Of a DNA stretch of 64,000 bases, positions 53,149 to 64,000 are shown piece by piece. Position 1 is the first letter of the stretch. Every line of letters starts with the position of its first letter. Source of the DNA: Octopus sinensis (taxonomy: Eukaryota); contig NC_043001.1 of the NCBI RefSeq assembly GCF_006345805.1, positions 91,140,001-91,204,000 on the forward strand, in the 5' to 3' direction. A program made the position numbers and the translations under genes. The notes beneath the pieces were generated by a model that made no database searches, was not told the DNA's origin, and worked only from the letters and a program-made list of their open reading frames with translations.

Positions 53149-53356
53149 GGGGGGGCGGGCGCACCGCCAATGGCGGAAAGATGGGAAAAGATAGGATTAC
53201 GGCTTGAGGTAGCCTAAGGTTAAATTTCGTAGAGAGAGAGATAGGAAAGATAAATCAAGTTATGGCGAAGGCTTGAAAGTAGCCTAAAAGGTTAAATTTT
53301 CGTAGCGAATGAGATGGGTAAGACGAATCAAGTTATCAATGTATGAATAAACGTAG

Positions 53357-53391
<35 letters not shown>

Positions 53392-53534
53392 CACACACAC
53401 ACACACACTCACATACTCATACATACATATGTATGTATAGGTGAATATGAGTATGTGTGTGTATGTGACACCTTGTCTTGATATTGTATGGTAGTTATGA
53501 GTGTCGCAGTCATAAAAGCAGTGTTATGTATCGT

Positions 53535-53830
53535 CATGATTGTCATTGTTTAATGTTCGTCTTCCAATGGTTTGACAGAAGGCTGCACCAGACTTCTGTG
53601 TCTATTTTGGTATGGTTTTTATGGCTGGATGCCCTTCCTAACATCAACCACCCACAGAGTGGATTGAGTGCTTTTTACATGGCATGAGCTCATGCAAGGT
53701 CAGTTTTGGCATGGTTTTTACAGCTGGATGCCCTTCCAAGTACCAACCACTTTACAGTGTGGACTGGATACTTTTTGCATGGCACCAGCGCTGACAGGGT
53801 CACCAAATAACTTGCAAGACAAAAGTCCTT
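53535..53830 (-). mobile_element. RTE-tail element with internal duplication
   Basis: ggctggatgcccttcc block occurs twice; decayed (cat)n tail. Confidence 0.65.
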
Positions 53831-54133
53831 TGAGAGCAAAGGGGCATTATTCTGCGTAAACATGTCTAACCATGGGTAAACATTATCTTGCTTGAAAAAA
53901 GGTGAAGGTTATTGACAGGAAGGGCGCCCAGCCATAGAAAATCTACTTCAGTAAACTTCAGCTGACCCATGCAAGCATGGAAAAGTGGACGTTAAAACAA
54001 TGATAATGTTATATATATACATACATATTATTACTGTTTATTTTATGTTCAGTCATAATAAAAACAATTTTACATTAATCTTAAGAGTTACTCCAGACTT
54101 TTCTAGAATATAAATTTATTGTTCTTTTATAAA

Positions 54134-54203
54134 AATAGTATTGACAGTGTTTTCTGATGATTGCTAAGCTGGCTGAAACGTCAAAGTCACTGTCAATACT
54201 ATT
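54134..54203 (+). ncRNA. Minimal hammerhead ribozyme motif closed by a 16-bp perfect stem
   Basis: aatagtattgacagtg-tttt-CTGATGA-tt-gcta-agc-tggc-t-GAAACGTC-aaagt-cactgtcaatactatt. Confidence 0.65.
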
Positions 54204-54313
54204 CTTGTTCAAGAATAAAAAGAAAACGCATACACACACACACACACACACACCAGTCTACATTGTTCCATGTACATTTGCTACCATATTTCTGTTGAAA
54301 TACACTGCTCTTG

Positions 54314-54767
54314 CAACAAGCAAAAATGATAGTTCTAAAATCTCCCTAAGAGATCAACACAGTAGCTGTACTCACAGGTAATATTCGTAGCCATTTTAAC
54401 ATGGCTGTCCAGTTGAGTGGACTCTGTGATTTTTTAACCCCAAGAGGACATCTCCTTTGGCTGGTTAACAATGCCCAGCTGCATCCGATAAAACTAGGAG
54501 CAGAGGAGTGAACCCTTATCATCTCCTAGTGATGGGACCAGTAGACATCATTGACAGACAAGGTGTCCAGTACTGACGAGTGACAGAAATAGCCTGAAAC
54601 CAGGACTGGTCTACTTGTCCCATTGCTAGGAGATGGTAGGGTTTTGCTCCGCTGATCGCAATTTTATCTGATGCAGCTGTGCATCGTAAACCAGCTAGAG
54701 GAGGTGTCCTTTTGGGATTAAAAAATCACGGTAAACTCTGTTAAAGTGGCTACGAATATTACTTGTT
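54314..54767. mobile_element. Fold-back element (arms 54375-54546 and 54609-54765), probably Penelope-derived, inserted in a piggyBac-like MITE
   Basis: Inverted arms; CTGACGA...GAAAC in the loop; 13-bp flanking repeat tacactgct(c/t)ttg. Confidence 0.7.
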
Positions 54768-56138
54768 TACACTGCTTTTGTTTCAATTAATTTAGAAAAT
54801 GATGAATTTTATGAAATAACTGTTATTATTAAGCTACTGTTTGAAAAATAAATAAACTTGAAATTTTGATGGAAGATTTTAATTTAGATAATTTTGAAGC
54901 AGGAAGTTTATATCATTGGACCTAGTCTAAGATGAATTGGTACCAAAAAGGTTAGGAGATTGTGATATGATAGATTTGGCTGTTATATCTAGCAGGCTGA
55001 GTGACCATATAGTGTGTATGTTCTCAGTGTATGTTGTTGGTGAAAATAGTGGGGCAGAAAGTTGGATTGCTGTTTGATAGTTTTGAAGATGGCTGCCCAG
55101 TGAACATAAAACATAATCATTGACATAATCACTTTGTTTATTGTATGAAAAATAAGTCTGCTTTCAATTTAGTTAAGGTAAATAACACATGGTTGTTAAC
55201 TGCTGAAAAAGGATGTACTTGAAATGAAAGGAAATTACTTTAGATTCTTAACTCTTCCTAAAAAAAAAAAAAAAAAAAAAGATATGCAGCTACAAGAACA
55301 AATAGAATTAATATTTTAATATGTATTTCCTTTTATTTATTTGACTTGGTTCTTTTTTTCTTTTTGTTTTGTTAAAATTAGTGCTTTGAAATGTTCAGGA
55401 AAAATATTAAACTATGTTATTTTTTTATGATTCTTTGGGGTACTTTTTAAAAAATTTTTTTGTTAATAGAAATCATCAGTGATTGTTTTGGATTTGTGTT
55501 GGCTGCTAACCTATCATTACAAGTTACATTTATGCACATACACCTGGTATCTCTTAGAAATCTGATATTTTCAGTATTTTCAATATTTTCCTATTTGACT
55601 TATAAGGAAATTTTTTTATTTTTATTGTAACTTGATACTTCTAAGCTTTGATAAACGTCCTGCTCAAGAAATTTTATATAAATAAATAAAATTTAAATTC
55701 ATGAACAAATAAATTTTATATTAAATAAGATCATCAAAAAGCAGTTTCAACAAATCTGAGAACATTAGATTTCACTAACGATCTGATGAAATGATTGAGT
55801 GATTTTGTATTGCAGACTTAATCGACATATAATAACATGAAAATTAAATAGATAATATAAATAAGTAAATAAATAGTAGCTGTTAAAATAATGATGATGA
55901 ATTTGCTATTTAGACATGTAATAATGATTTGATATTTGTTTTCAAATAAGAGTTTTATATAACATAACAAATATTTAAAAATTTTATTGTCTATTAGTTA
56001 ATAAATTCAATTAATTAATACTTTAATTTCCTGTTGCTTGATATGTTTGTGCAAATGTTTATACAAATGCATGGGTGTTTTGGGAAGTTTTCAATAACTG
56101 GTGTGAAATGTTATTGAATGTGCTTTTTTTCTGGTTAG

Positions 56139-56237
56139 CTACCCCTTCAGAGAAGTCTAAGAAAACTTCAAACTCAAATGGGATGACTCGAACAATATCA
56201 AGCAAACTGTATCCCACAGGTTGCTTTTCTTTGGCAG
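56139..56237 (+). CDS. Probable internal exon, (A)TPSEKSKKTSNSNGMTRTISSKLYPTGCFSLA
   Basis: tttttttctggttag| acceptor, GCAG|gttagt donor, 99 nt, open in phase 1 which matches the upstream exon; unique sequence. Confidence 0.65.
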
Positions 56238-57263
56238 GTTAGTTTCTTGAAATCCCAGCTGGTAATTCTTTTTTGAAAAATCTTTTTTTTATTTAATATT
56301 TTCAGTCTGTGTATGTGTTTGATCCCTCCCCCTTTATTTTCTTTTCATTTTCTATGGTTGAGGAAAACATTCGTATTCATTCCAATCTAAAGCTTACTAT
56401 TCTCTGGGTCTTTGTTTTAATTATTCTCTTGCTTAAACTTCATCACATTCTTCTGATATTTCCTTTTCTTTTCTTCATCCTTGAAAGTATGTTTTGGTTT
56501 CATATTCCACGTGATGCACAGAAGTAGTTTCTTGAATTTTAATGCTTAACAGTTGGTTTACTGGATTGTTGTTTATGAATTGTTTTTGATGGTGTTGGTT
56601 ACAATTGTTTCACACTCTTTCTAAGCTTTATCTAAAAACAAAAATCCTTTTTCTTCCAGACTTTCTGTAGAATTATGTTTTTATATTGGGATAAACAAGA
56701 AATCACTCCCTTCTCATCTGCCATCCTTTACTTTTGCATTTTTGTTTTATTTCAATCTCTCTCTCTCTTTGATAATTGTACTTTTTAAAGTCTGGATTAT
56801 TTTGTACACACACACACACACTTATGTGCACATGCAATGACACACCAATATGTGGTTGCATGTATACCTAAATACATACATCATACTGTACAAATTTTTT
56901 ACATAGTGACATACACATGCCTTTGTTATTTTGTATATGTATATATCACATATGTGTTAATATATATGTGTATGTTAACATGCATATACAGATGCATATG
57001 AAAGAAAGTATAGAATATATATTTAGTTTTTGCAGTTATTAATTGTACTAATTGCTAAGTCTATAATCTAGAGACATTATCAAGTTGAATTTCATTAACT
57101 ATTGAAAGAATGTAATTAAAAATAAAATATAAATTTGACTCTTTAAGAATGGTCCTTATCTATTTGCCTTTATAATGTGTAATGCCTGCAGAAAAGACCA
57201 GGGAAAATTTTTGTTTTCTAAAATGCTTTATTTAATTTTGAAACTTATATGTTGTCCTAATTA

Positions 57264-58494
57264 CCATAAAAACCCATGTAATTTGTACACCTGTGTAATT
57301 TGCACAGGTGATTTTTCAGGATAAAATTTGTTAAAAAAAGTTTCTACTCATGTAAAATTCGCATCTAAAAGTTTTCAGAATTGTCAATATAGCCAAGGGA
57401 AAAAAATGGTTTTCGATTTAGTTGTATTTAGCATATAATTTCACTTACTTATGATTAGATTTTTATAAAATTTTCATTAAATAAAAATAATTTCTGTTTA
57501 ACAGGTATCACATTGAAAGCTGTTAAATTACAAGGTGTTTGTATTGTTTATGATAAACTTTATTTCACATTTCTTGCCCACAAGAGATTGTGTCTGATCT
57601 TTAGCATACTGTTGTATGTCTTCTTAAATCATGATCACAGGAAAAGTTGTTAAGAATTACCAACAAAAACAAAGCTGATTAATATGCACAGGTGTTGCAA
57701 ATTAAGTTTAATTATCAATAAACATCAGCTTGGATGACACTTTCCTCAACCGACAAGGGAAGGTGATCGATTAGACTGCTTATGTAAATGGAATTCTTTT
57801 CACACTTATAAAATGTCGAGCAAACTTAAAAATTTGTCATTACCATTATTGTCAGTATGGGCAGAACTTATGAATCATTTACTGTGAAGGAGAAATTAAA
57901 TATGTTGAATATGAATTTGAACGTGGCAATAGAGCTGCCGGAAGGCATTTTAATGTTAATGAAGCCAATGTTCGAAATTGGCGTAAACAGTTCAACAAAC
58001 TTAAAACTGTGCCTGGTAATAGACAAAAATAAAAACATACAATCAAGATTGTCCATATTATTACATTTTTTTCAGTCAGGTATATCCATATCACTATGTA
58101 TATCAATGGTGCTCCATTGCAATAGGTAGAAACTCCAAGCATTGTAAAATATGGCCTGAACTGTGTTTACCAGCATGAATGTCAGACTTCAAAAAGTAGT
58201 TAACTATTTAATGGTTTTAGTAAATTTATACAGAAAAAGTAAGCATTATACTGTCTAGCATAAATAAAAGTCAACTTCATTATATTTAAGCCATTAGTTT
58301 TTCTGTAAAAACCTATTCTGACGTTAAATGAATCAACTTCAGGTACAAATGTTTACATTTTGTATGTCTTTTTTCAACAACAAAAATTTCCAAAAAAAAT
58401 AGAGGAAGCGATCTACTCGTGTAATTTACACAACCCCTAAAGTTAATTTTTATTTTTGTGGAAAAAAGTGCATAAATTACATGGGTTTTTATGG
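57264..58494 (+). mobile_element. Internally deleted pogo-type (Tc1/mariner superfamily) DNA transposon
   Basis: 27-bp TIRs CCATAAAAACCCATGTAATTT(GTA/ATG)CAC, TA on both sides; frameshifted Brinker-type DNA-binding-domain remnant at 57857-58030. Confidence 0.85.
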
Positions 58495-58966
58495 TATTAA
58501 ATATTTCATTGCTTTAAAGTTCTGTTCCAGCTTCAGATCTTGGTCATATCTTTTATTCTATTCTATTTTATATTTTTAATTTATGACCTCCTCACTGCAT
58601 AAATTCCTTTGGCAAATATTCTTATAATAATGCCACCTCACTCACCTACTGTTCTTTCAGCACACAAATTTCATCTATGTGAAATCTCAGCTACTTTCTA
58701 TCAAGCTGGAATATCTTTCATGAATGGAAACACAAACACATCTTTCACTGAGCACTCAACTACCTATTCACGTCCAATAGGAGCAAAATATACACAACAT
58801 ATCTCTAGAAAGCACACTCACAACACCCGTTTTTCATATTCATGAGACATAAACAAAGTTTTACAATCTCTGATAACCTTGGACGAGACCTTCCGTTCTA
58901 AAAATAGCAAGATTAATAAACAATAATTTTTTCCTTTTTAGTGTGGGAATGTTCAAATTTGGAGTA

Positions 58967-59172
58967 CTGTATTTTCTGGCATACAAGTCAACATAGAATA
59001 TAGTGTAACATGTAGTGTAAATGTTCAGATATTGTGACTATCTTTCCAAATCCTGCAGCATTTCACATGGAGTTTTTGGTCTTTCGAAGTTGTTTAGGTG
59101 TATGACTTGACCTTCTTTTTTTCAGTTGTAAATTTTGGTGTGAAAAATTCAACTTCTATGCCAGAAAACATG
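58967..59172. mobile_element. Tigger-like MITE
   Basis: ctgtattttctggcata ... tatgccagaaaacatg imperfect TIRs. Confidence 0.5.
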
Positions 59173-59393
59173 ATACCTGCTGATCCTTTATTGAACACAA
59201 AGACATCCTTCACTAAAGCGCTGTTGACTTTCATAAATAAGCAGCCAGACACAAAACACGTTCTTGACTACATCATACATAATTATATCTTCTTGATCTT
59301 CTCTGTATCTCCATAACTGTTACTATATTGGCTTCAACTTGAATCTTTGTAAACTCGGTTATGCTGTACTGCCCTTATAAAACACACAGGATG

Positions 59394-59433
<40 letters not shown>

Positions 59434-60374
59434 ATGCATCAGTCTCTCTCCTTTTCATATCATCTCTACCTTGGCTCCAATCCGCATATTCCATCTATAC
59501 TTAATAGATATATTTTATTCAATTAAAGGAAGAGGGGCAGTGCCAGTATTATTTGCTGCAGATTATCCCAGGCTAGTCAGATTAATGTAGTTGATATTTA
59601 ACTTTATCTTCTGTAAACTGATATTTTGGTTGGGTGGGAAGGGAAAAGGAATTTCAAAAGTCAGTCTTTTACGGTGGTTGTGGGAATGGTTAAACAAGGT
59701 TGTAACATGGAACCTGCAATAAGAAGAGGAAGAGGAGAAGAGGCAGGTGAACTTAGGTAGTTGCGGTATGTTGTGTGATGTTTCAGAAGATAAGTAGAAG
59801 TAGTGTTAGAAGAGGAATTTTATTACTTTTTTTAATGCATTCTTGGATATTTATGTATATAGAAACAATAATGTTCTAGATATGGAAGAGTTTGATCAGT
59901 TCAATTACCGCGAGGAGAGGAAAATTTAACAATTTGTGGTGTTGCTCATGGTCTTGGAATGAGAGAGCGAAAGAGAGAAAGAGATAGATTTGTGTTGTGA
60001 CTTTGGCTGTAAGCTGATAAATGTTCCAGACAGGAGCGAAATGCAGTGACTGTTAATAGAAGCAATTTAAAATTTTTTTTTCATGTAATTTATTAAACTC
60101 TTTAATATAAATGGGGAAAAAGCTAGTCTTACATTTGATCTTTAGAAAAACAATTGTTCAGAACATTGTTTTCACTGAGAATTACTTTAAAGTGGGATAT
60201 TATCTGCTCTCTGTCAAAACTCATCCATTTTTAACTTTGCCTGTTATTGTTGAATTATAGGAACTCTGATAGGATGGGACTAGTGTGGTTTCTTGTTCAT
60301 TTTTCCAGATAGGCATTAAGGAACAGGGAAGTACAAGTTACAGCCTTCTATAATCTTTGTGTGTGTGTGTGTGT

Positions 60375-62995
60375 GTGTATAAACATAATATCCTCCTCCT
60401 CCATGAGTTGGGTGGGTCTTTTTCAACCATCTGCCACTTGCTGCATTCCTTTGTCATCTCCTTTCTGAGAATTAGCCTACTGAGATTAGCTTTTTCCACT
60501 TCTTCCCATGTCTTCCTCAGTTTTCCTCTTCCATTTGGATCTCTTGACATTTCTTTATCTTTCTACCATCCATATGCATTACATGACCCTTCCAACCTAA
60601 TCTCTTCTTCACTAATATACTTTTCTTTGTATTCAGTAATTCTCTCAGCTCACATGTGCTGCATCCTTTATGCACACTAACATTACAGTCCAAGAGTTTG
60701 CTTGCTTTATTTCTTTCCAGCTTCTGCACATCCTCTGTTTTGAATGTCTATGTCTTGCTTCCATGCAGCACAACATTTTATACACAAGCAGCCTACAATC
60801 TATCTTTCATTTGTAGAGAGAAATGGCTCCCTGACTTTTTCCCATCCTGATCTTACTCTGATTACTATTCTTGTGGAGCAATTACTTCTTCCACTGTTAA
60901 TCAAGTCACTTAAATAACAAATACAATAAATGACTTTAATGAAACCTTCTGAACATCAGAAAGAATTTATTTCATTGGTGGTTTTACTGCTAACTATTCC
61001 TGTGCATTTGCCTCATTTGAAGACTGGGTTTTGCCAGTTTACCTGTGATCCCATTACATCCTGTGCAGCCTCATTTTATATTTATCACACACACAGAATT
61101 CTTACCTATTCTTTTTTCCTGCATAGCCAGCATAGCCACTTACCAGGTGACAACCAAGTTCTGTCTTCTTTCTTGTTAAGACTTCAGTTTTTGCTAAGTT
61201 TACTTTAAGACCTCTTGTCTCTAAATTTTGCTACATTTTCTTCCCTGAATCTTTTACAGATTCAGCTATGAGAACTGGGTCATTAGCATGCAAGATTTCC
61301 TTTGGCAAAACCAGTCTTAAATGCCTCTCTTATAGCCCAGGGAGCAATAGTAAACAGGAATAGGCTGAGAACTGAATCTTGGTTGACACCTTTCTGCACA
61401 CTGCCAAATCTTAGCATCTTTGGACATAACTTTCACACTGCTCACAAAGCACTCATCTAAACCTTGTTTTCTTAAAGATGGCCAGTATCCTGTCCAAGTC
61501 CTTTTCTAGATAAGTGAATGCTTGATAGAGTGGTTTACTCATAGTTATCTCTGCAGGATGAAGGAATCAGTGATTCTCCTAACTTGGCACAAATATAAAC
61601 TCTCATCTAAGCTTTCTCTTTCTAATCAGTTGTTCTAAAATTCTTTATGCTACTTCTATAACTTGGTTCATCAATTTAATAACTCTGTGTTTGCTTCTTT
61701 CTAGACTATTTTCTCTTTGCTTTTACAGAAGTTGGCCATGATATAACTGTGCCAGTCGTTGGGTATGACACTTCCCCCTCCCCATATTCCCTGGTCGTCC
61801 ATATGAGTAACTAGCTTGAGCTCTACTTCCCTGGATATTTTCAGCATCCCAGTTACTATCGCAAGTCGTCTGGTAGCTTTGCTGACTTTCAAATCCTTAA
61901 CCTTATTGCATTTAAACCTGTCATATCCAGCCAAAATATTCTGTTTTATGTTCAAATTGGCCAGATCCAACCTCTCTACAATAGCATTGTAAAAATAAAC
62001 TATCACATTATCGAAATCTCAAAGCTACAAGATAATCCATGATTTGATTCAAAACAATGTGAATAAATAAGCATTATATTTGACCGTATAATCTGGATGC
62101 TAAAGTATGATGGGCCATTTCAACAATATAACTCACCTAAGTTGGTCCCTCTGTTCAGCCTACATGGGATAGACCCTCTTTTTCCCTACATTCTCCACAT
62201 TCTGCAGTCTGTTGTAACATTTTGAAATCTTTTCTCATCATCATTGATGAGGATAAGTTCATCTCCGTCATTTGGATTACTCTGACATACTGATTTGCAA
62301 TCTGGGGGTACATCATGCCTTTAATCCTCACATTGTGGAACATTGGCAAACCTCTTGTTTTTAGCTTCTCTCTGTGCTATATATAACTGTTAATTAGCTG
62401 TTCTTCTAGCTAGTCAGCATATTGTTCTTTCTTACCATTTTCTTTGTCTTTCTGAGCAATTCTCTTAGCCTTTATAGTTCTAACTATATTATTATTCCAG
62501 TAACATCTCACTTTGTTTGATTGCTCCAACCATTGACTTGGTTATCTGATGGAAACTCCCAGTTGTCCTCTACATTATAAGCCCGTATCTCCTCTTTTTT
62601 GCTGTAAATGTCACCTAGAACCTCGTAAAACCTACTGAGGGTTCTTTCAGCTTCCTTTTGGAGAAGAAAGGTGTAAAAACTGAAGGAACCTTTGTGTATT
62701 GCTTACTCAGCTCTTATCTTTATCGAGTGGCATAGTTTTCTCTGGTGAAAGACTTAGCATTTGCAACTCTGTAGCTTTTATGTTTATTGGTGAGCATGAA
62801 GTCTCTCCAGCTTATGTGTTCACCTGATTAGTAGGTGATTAAATGATTGGCTGATTACCTTTGCAGATGGCTATGTTATTTGTGTCCCAACGCTAAGCCT
62901 CAATCCATCCTCATATCCATAACCATCATGTTCTCTGGTGTAGCTATCACAGTGCTGCACAATATATCCATTAAAGTCACCAGCCATGATAATTA
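60375..62995 (-). mobile_element. Old, heavily decayed long RTE LINE copy
   Basis: Collinear remnants GRGKLRKTWEEV, QKLERNKAS and VIPNDW, matching 49400-52000. Confidence 0.8.
61901..62108. mobile_element. MITE inserted at a TTAA within the old RTE
   Basis: Interrupts RTE collinearity at ccttaa; imperfect ends ccttattgcattta and tggatgctaaag. Confidence 0.5.
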
Positions 62996-63421
62996 TCCTT
63001 CTTTGGACGTTATTACTTTTTAGGTATAATATCTCTCTCTTCTACATTTCTCCCCCTCCTCTCTCTCTCTCTCACACATTGACATGAAAATTGGATATAT
63101 GTTTCTGTGAATGCATGTTTATTTAATATACTTATATATACACACATAAATACAAGAGACTGCAAGCTTTTGCTTGAGAGAAAATCCTTTTTTAATGCAC
63201 AAATATACATAGAAAATTTCTGGAAAATGTTAAATTTATCAGCATTTTAATTTTTTTTTTAACTAAATGCATGTTAAATTTAGATAATGATAATTTTTCA
63301 CTCTGATAATGTCAATTGTTATTTGAGTTTTTCCGTATGCTATTTAATCAAGTGTTGCTGTTTTTTAAAAATCTTTTGATCAATAAAACTGGAAATTATG
63401 CAAGTTTAAGCTGTTGTTTAA

Positions 63422-63641
63422 CCCTTTTGATACTAACTCACCCTAAAATGTCTCTTTGTGGTACAAAGCCACTTACTTTAAACTGATCACTATATTTAAA
63501 TTGTATATCATAATTTTATATTAGAACTTTTTTTTAAAATTATACATGAATATTAATAATGAAAATCCTCTAAACTCTTTGATTACTGAAAAAAATAATT
63601 TGACCACAATATATTTCATTTGAATTATGGTCCCAAAAGGG
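63422..63641. mobile_element. piggyBac-like MITE
   Basis: TTAA|CCCTTTTG...CAAAAGGG|TTAA. Confidence 0.75.
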
Positions 63642-64000
63642 TTAATATGTAGAATAGTCATTCTAAATTCTTTTGGCTTTGTCATGTGCTGGAGATCAAA
63701 TAAAAAATTTAGTTACTCACTTTGCATGGAAAGCTAAAAGTTACTGTTGTGCTTCACATGGAAAGTTAAAGAAAATTTTTTCAAAGTTAAAAATTTAGAA
63801 GAAATCTAGTAAACTGAAACATGTGATCTAGATAAATTTACAGCTATTTGTCATCTTTTTAGAAATGATGCACTTTATTCTTTAGACAACTCTGTGAAGT
63901 AGAAATTTAAACCACTACATTTAACTTATTAGAGTACAGGCATTGCCTTCCTGATTTGCAGATAACATATTTGCTGAATAGTTAATTAAATAATATATAT

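Larger units (their letters stand above)
49025..53357 (-). mobile_element. Near-intact, apparently full-length RTE-clade LINE
   Basis: APE and RT coding region, (GAT)n 3' tail, ~850-bp 5' region, inserted in a (TA)n run. Confidence 0.95.
48378..54008 (+). mobile_element. CORE-SINE with RTE tail, split by nested insertions (pieces about 48378-48610, 53360-53535, 53850-54008)
   Basis: The pieces join into the same order as the 17843-18360 and 43558-43937 copies. Confidence 0.6.

Noticed and set aside
53150-53357. HDV-like ribozyme at the RTE 5' end
   Set aside because: I could not build the nested double pseudoknot by eye; a covariance search would be needed

Overview
Eukaryotic, very AT-rich, repeat-dense DNA with no prokaryotic features. 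The repeat families (tRNA/CORE-type SINEs, RTE LINEs with (ATG)n tails, abundant TA/CA microsatellites) look like an octopus or other coleoid cephalopod genome; this is inferred from repeat recognition only. Most of the window appears to be intron of one unidentified + strand gene. Its probable first coding exon is at 24003-24245, a 9-nt neural-type microexon candidate is at 43400-43408, and a 99-nt exon is at 56139-56237; all junctions are phase 1. The main insertion is a near-intact ~4.3-kb RTE-clade LINE (49025-53357, -) with APE and RT domains, a PHD finger inside the RT, and a 7x34-bp tandem array in its 5' region. It sits in a nested SINE/Helitron/LINE stack. Also present are two non-autonomous Helitrons, a Penelope-like fragment, a pogo-type element, a maT-like fragment, MITEs and many SINEs. 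Several fold-back (inverted-repeat) elements carry minimal hammerhead-ribozyme motifs. Coordinates were counted by eye and may be off by a few bases, especially for old repeats.
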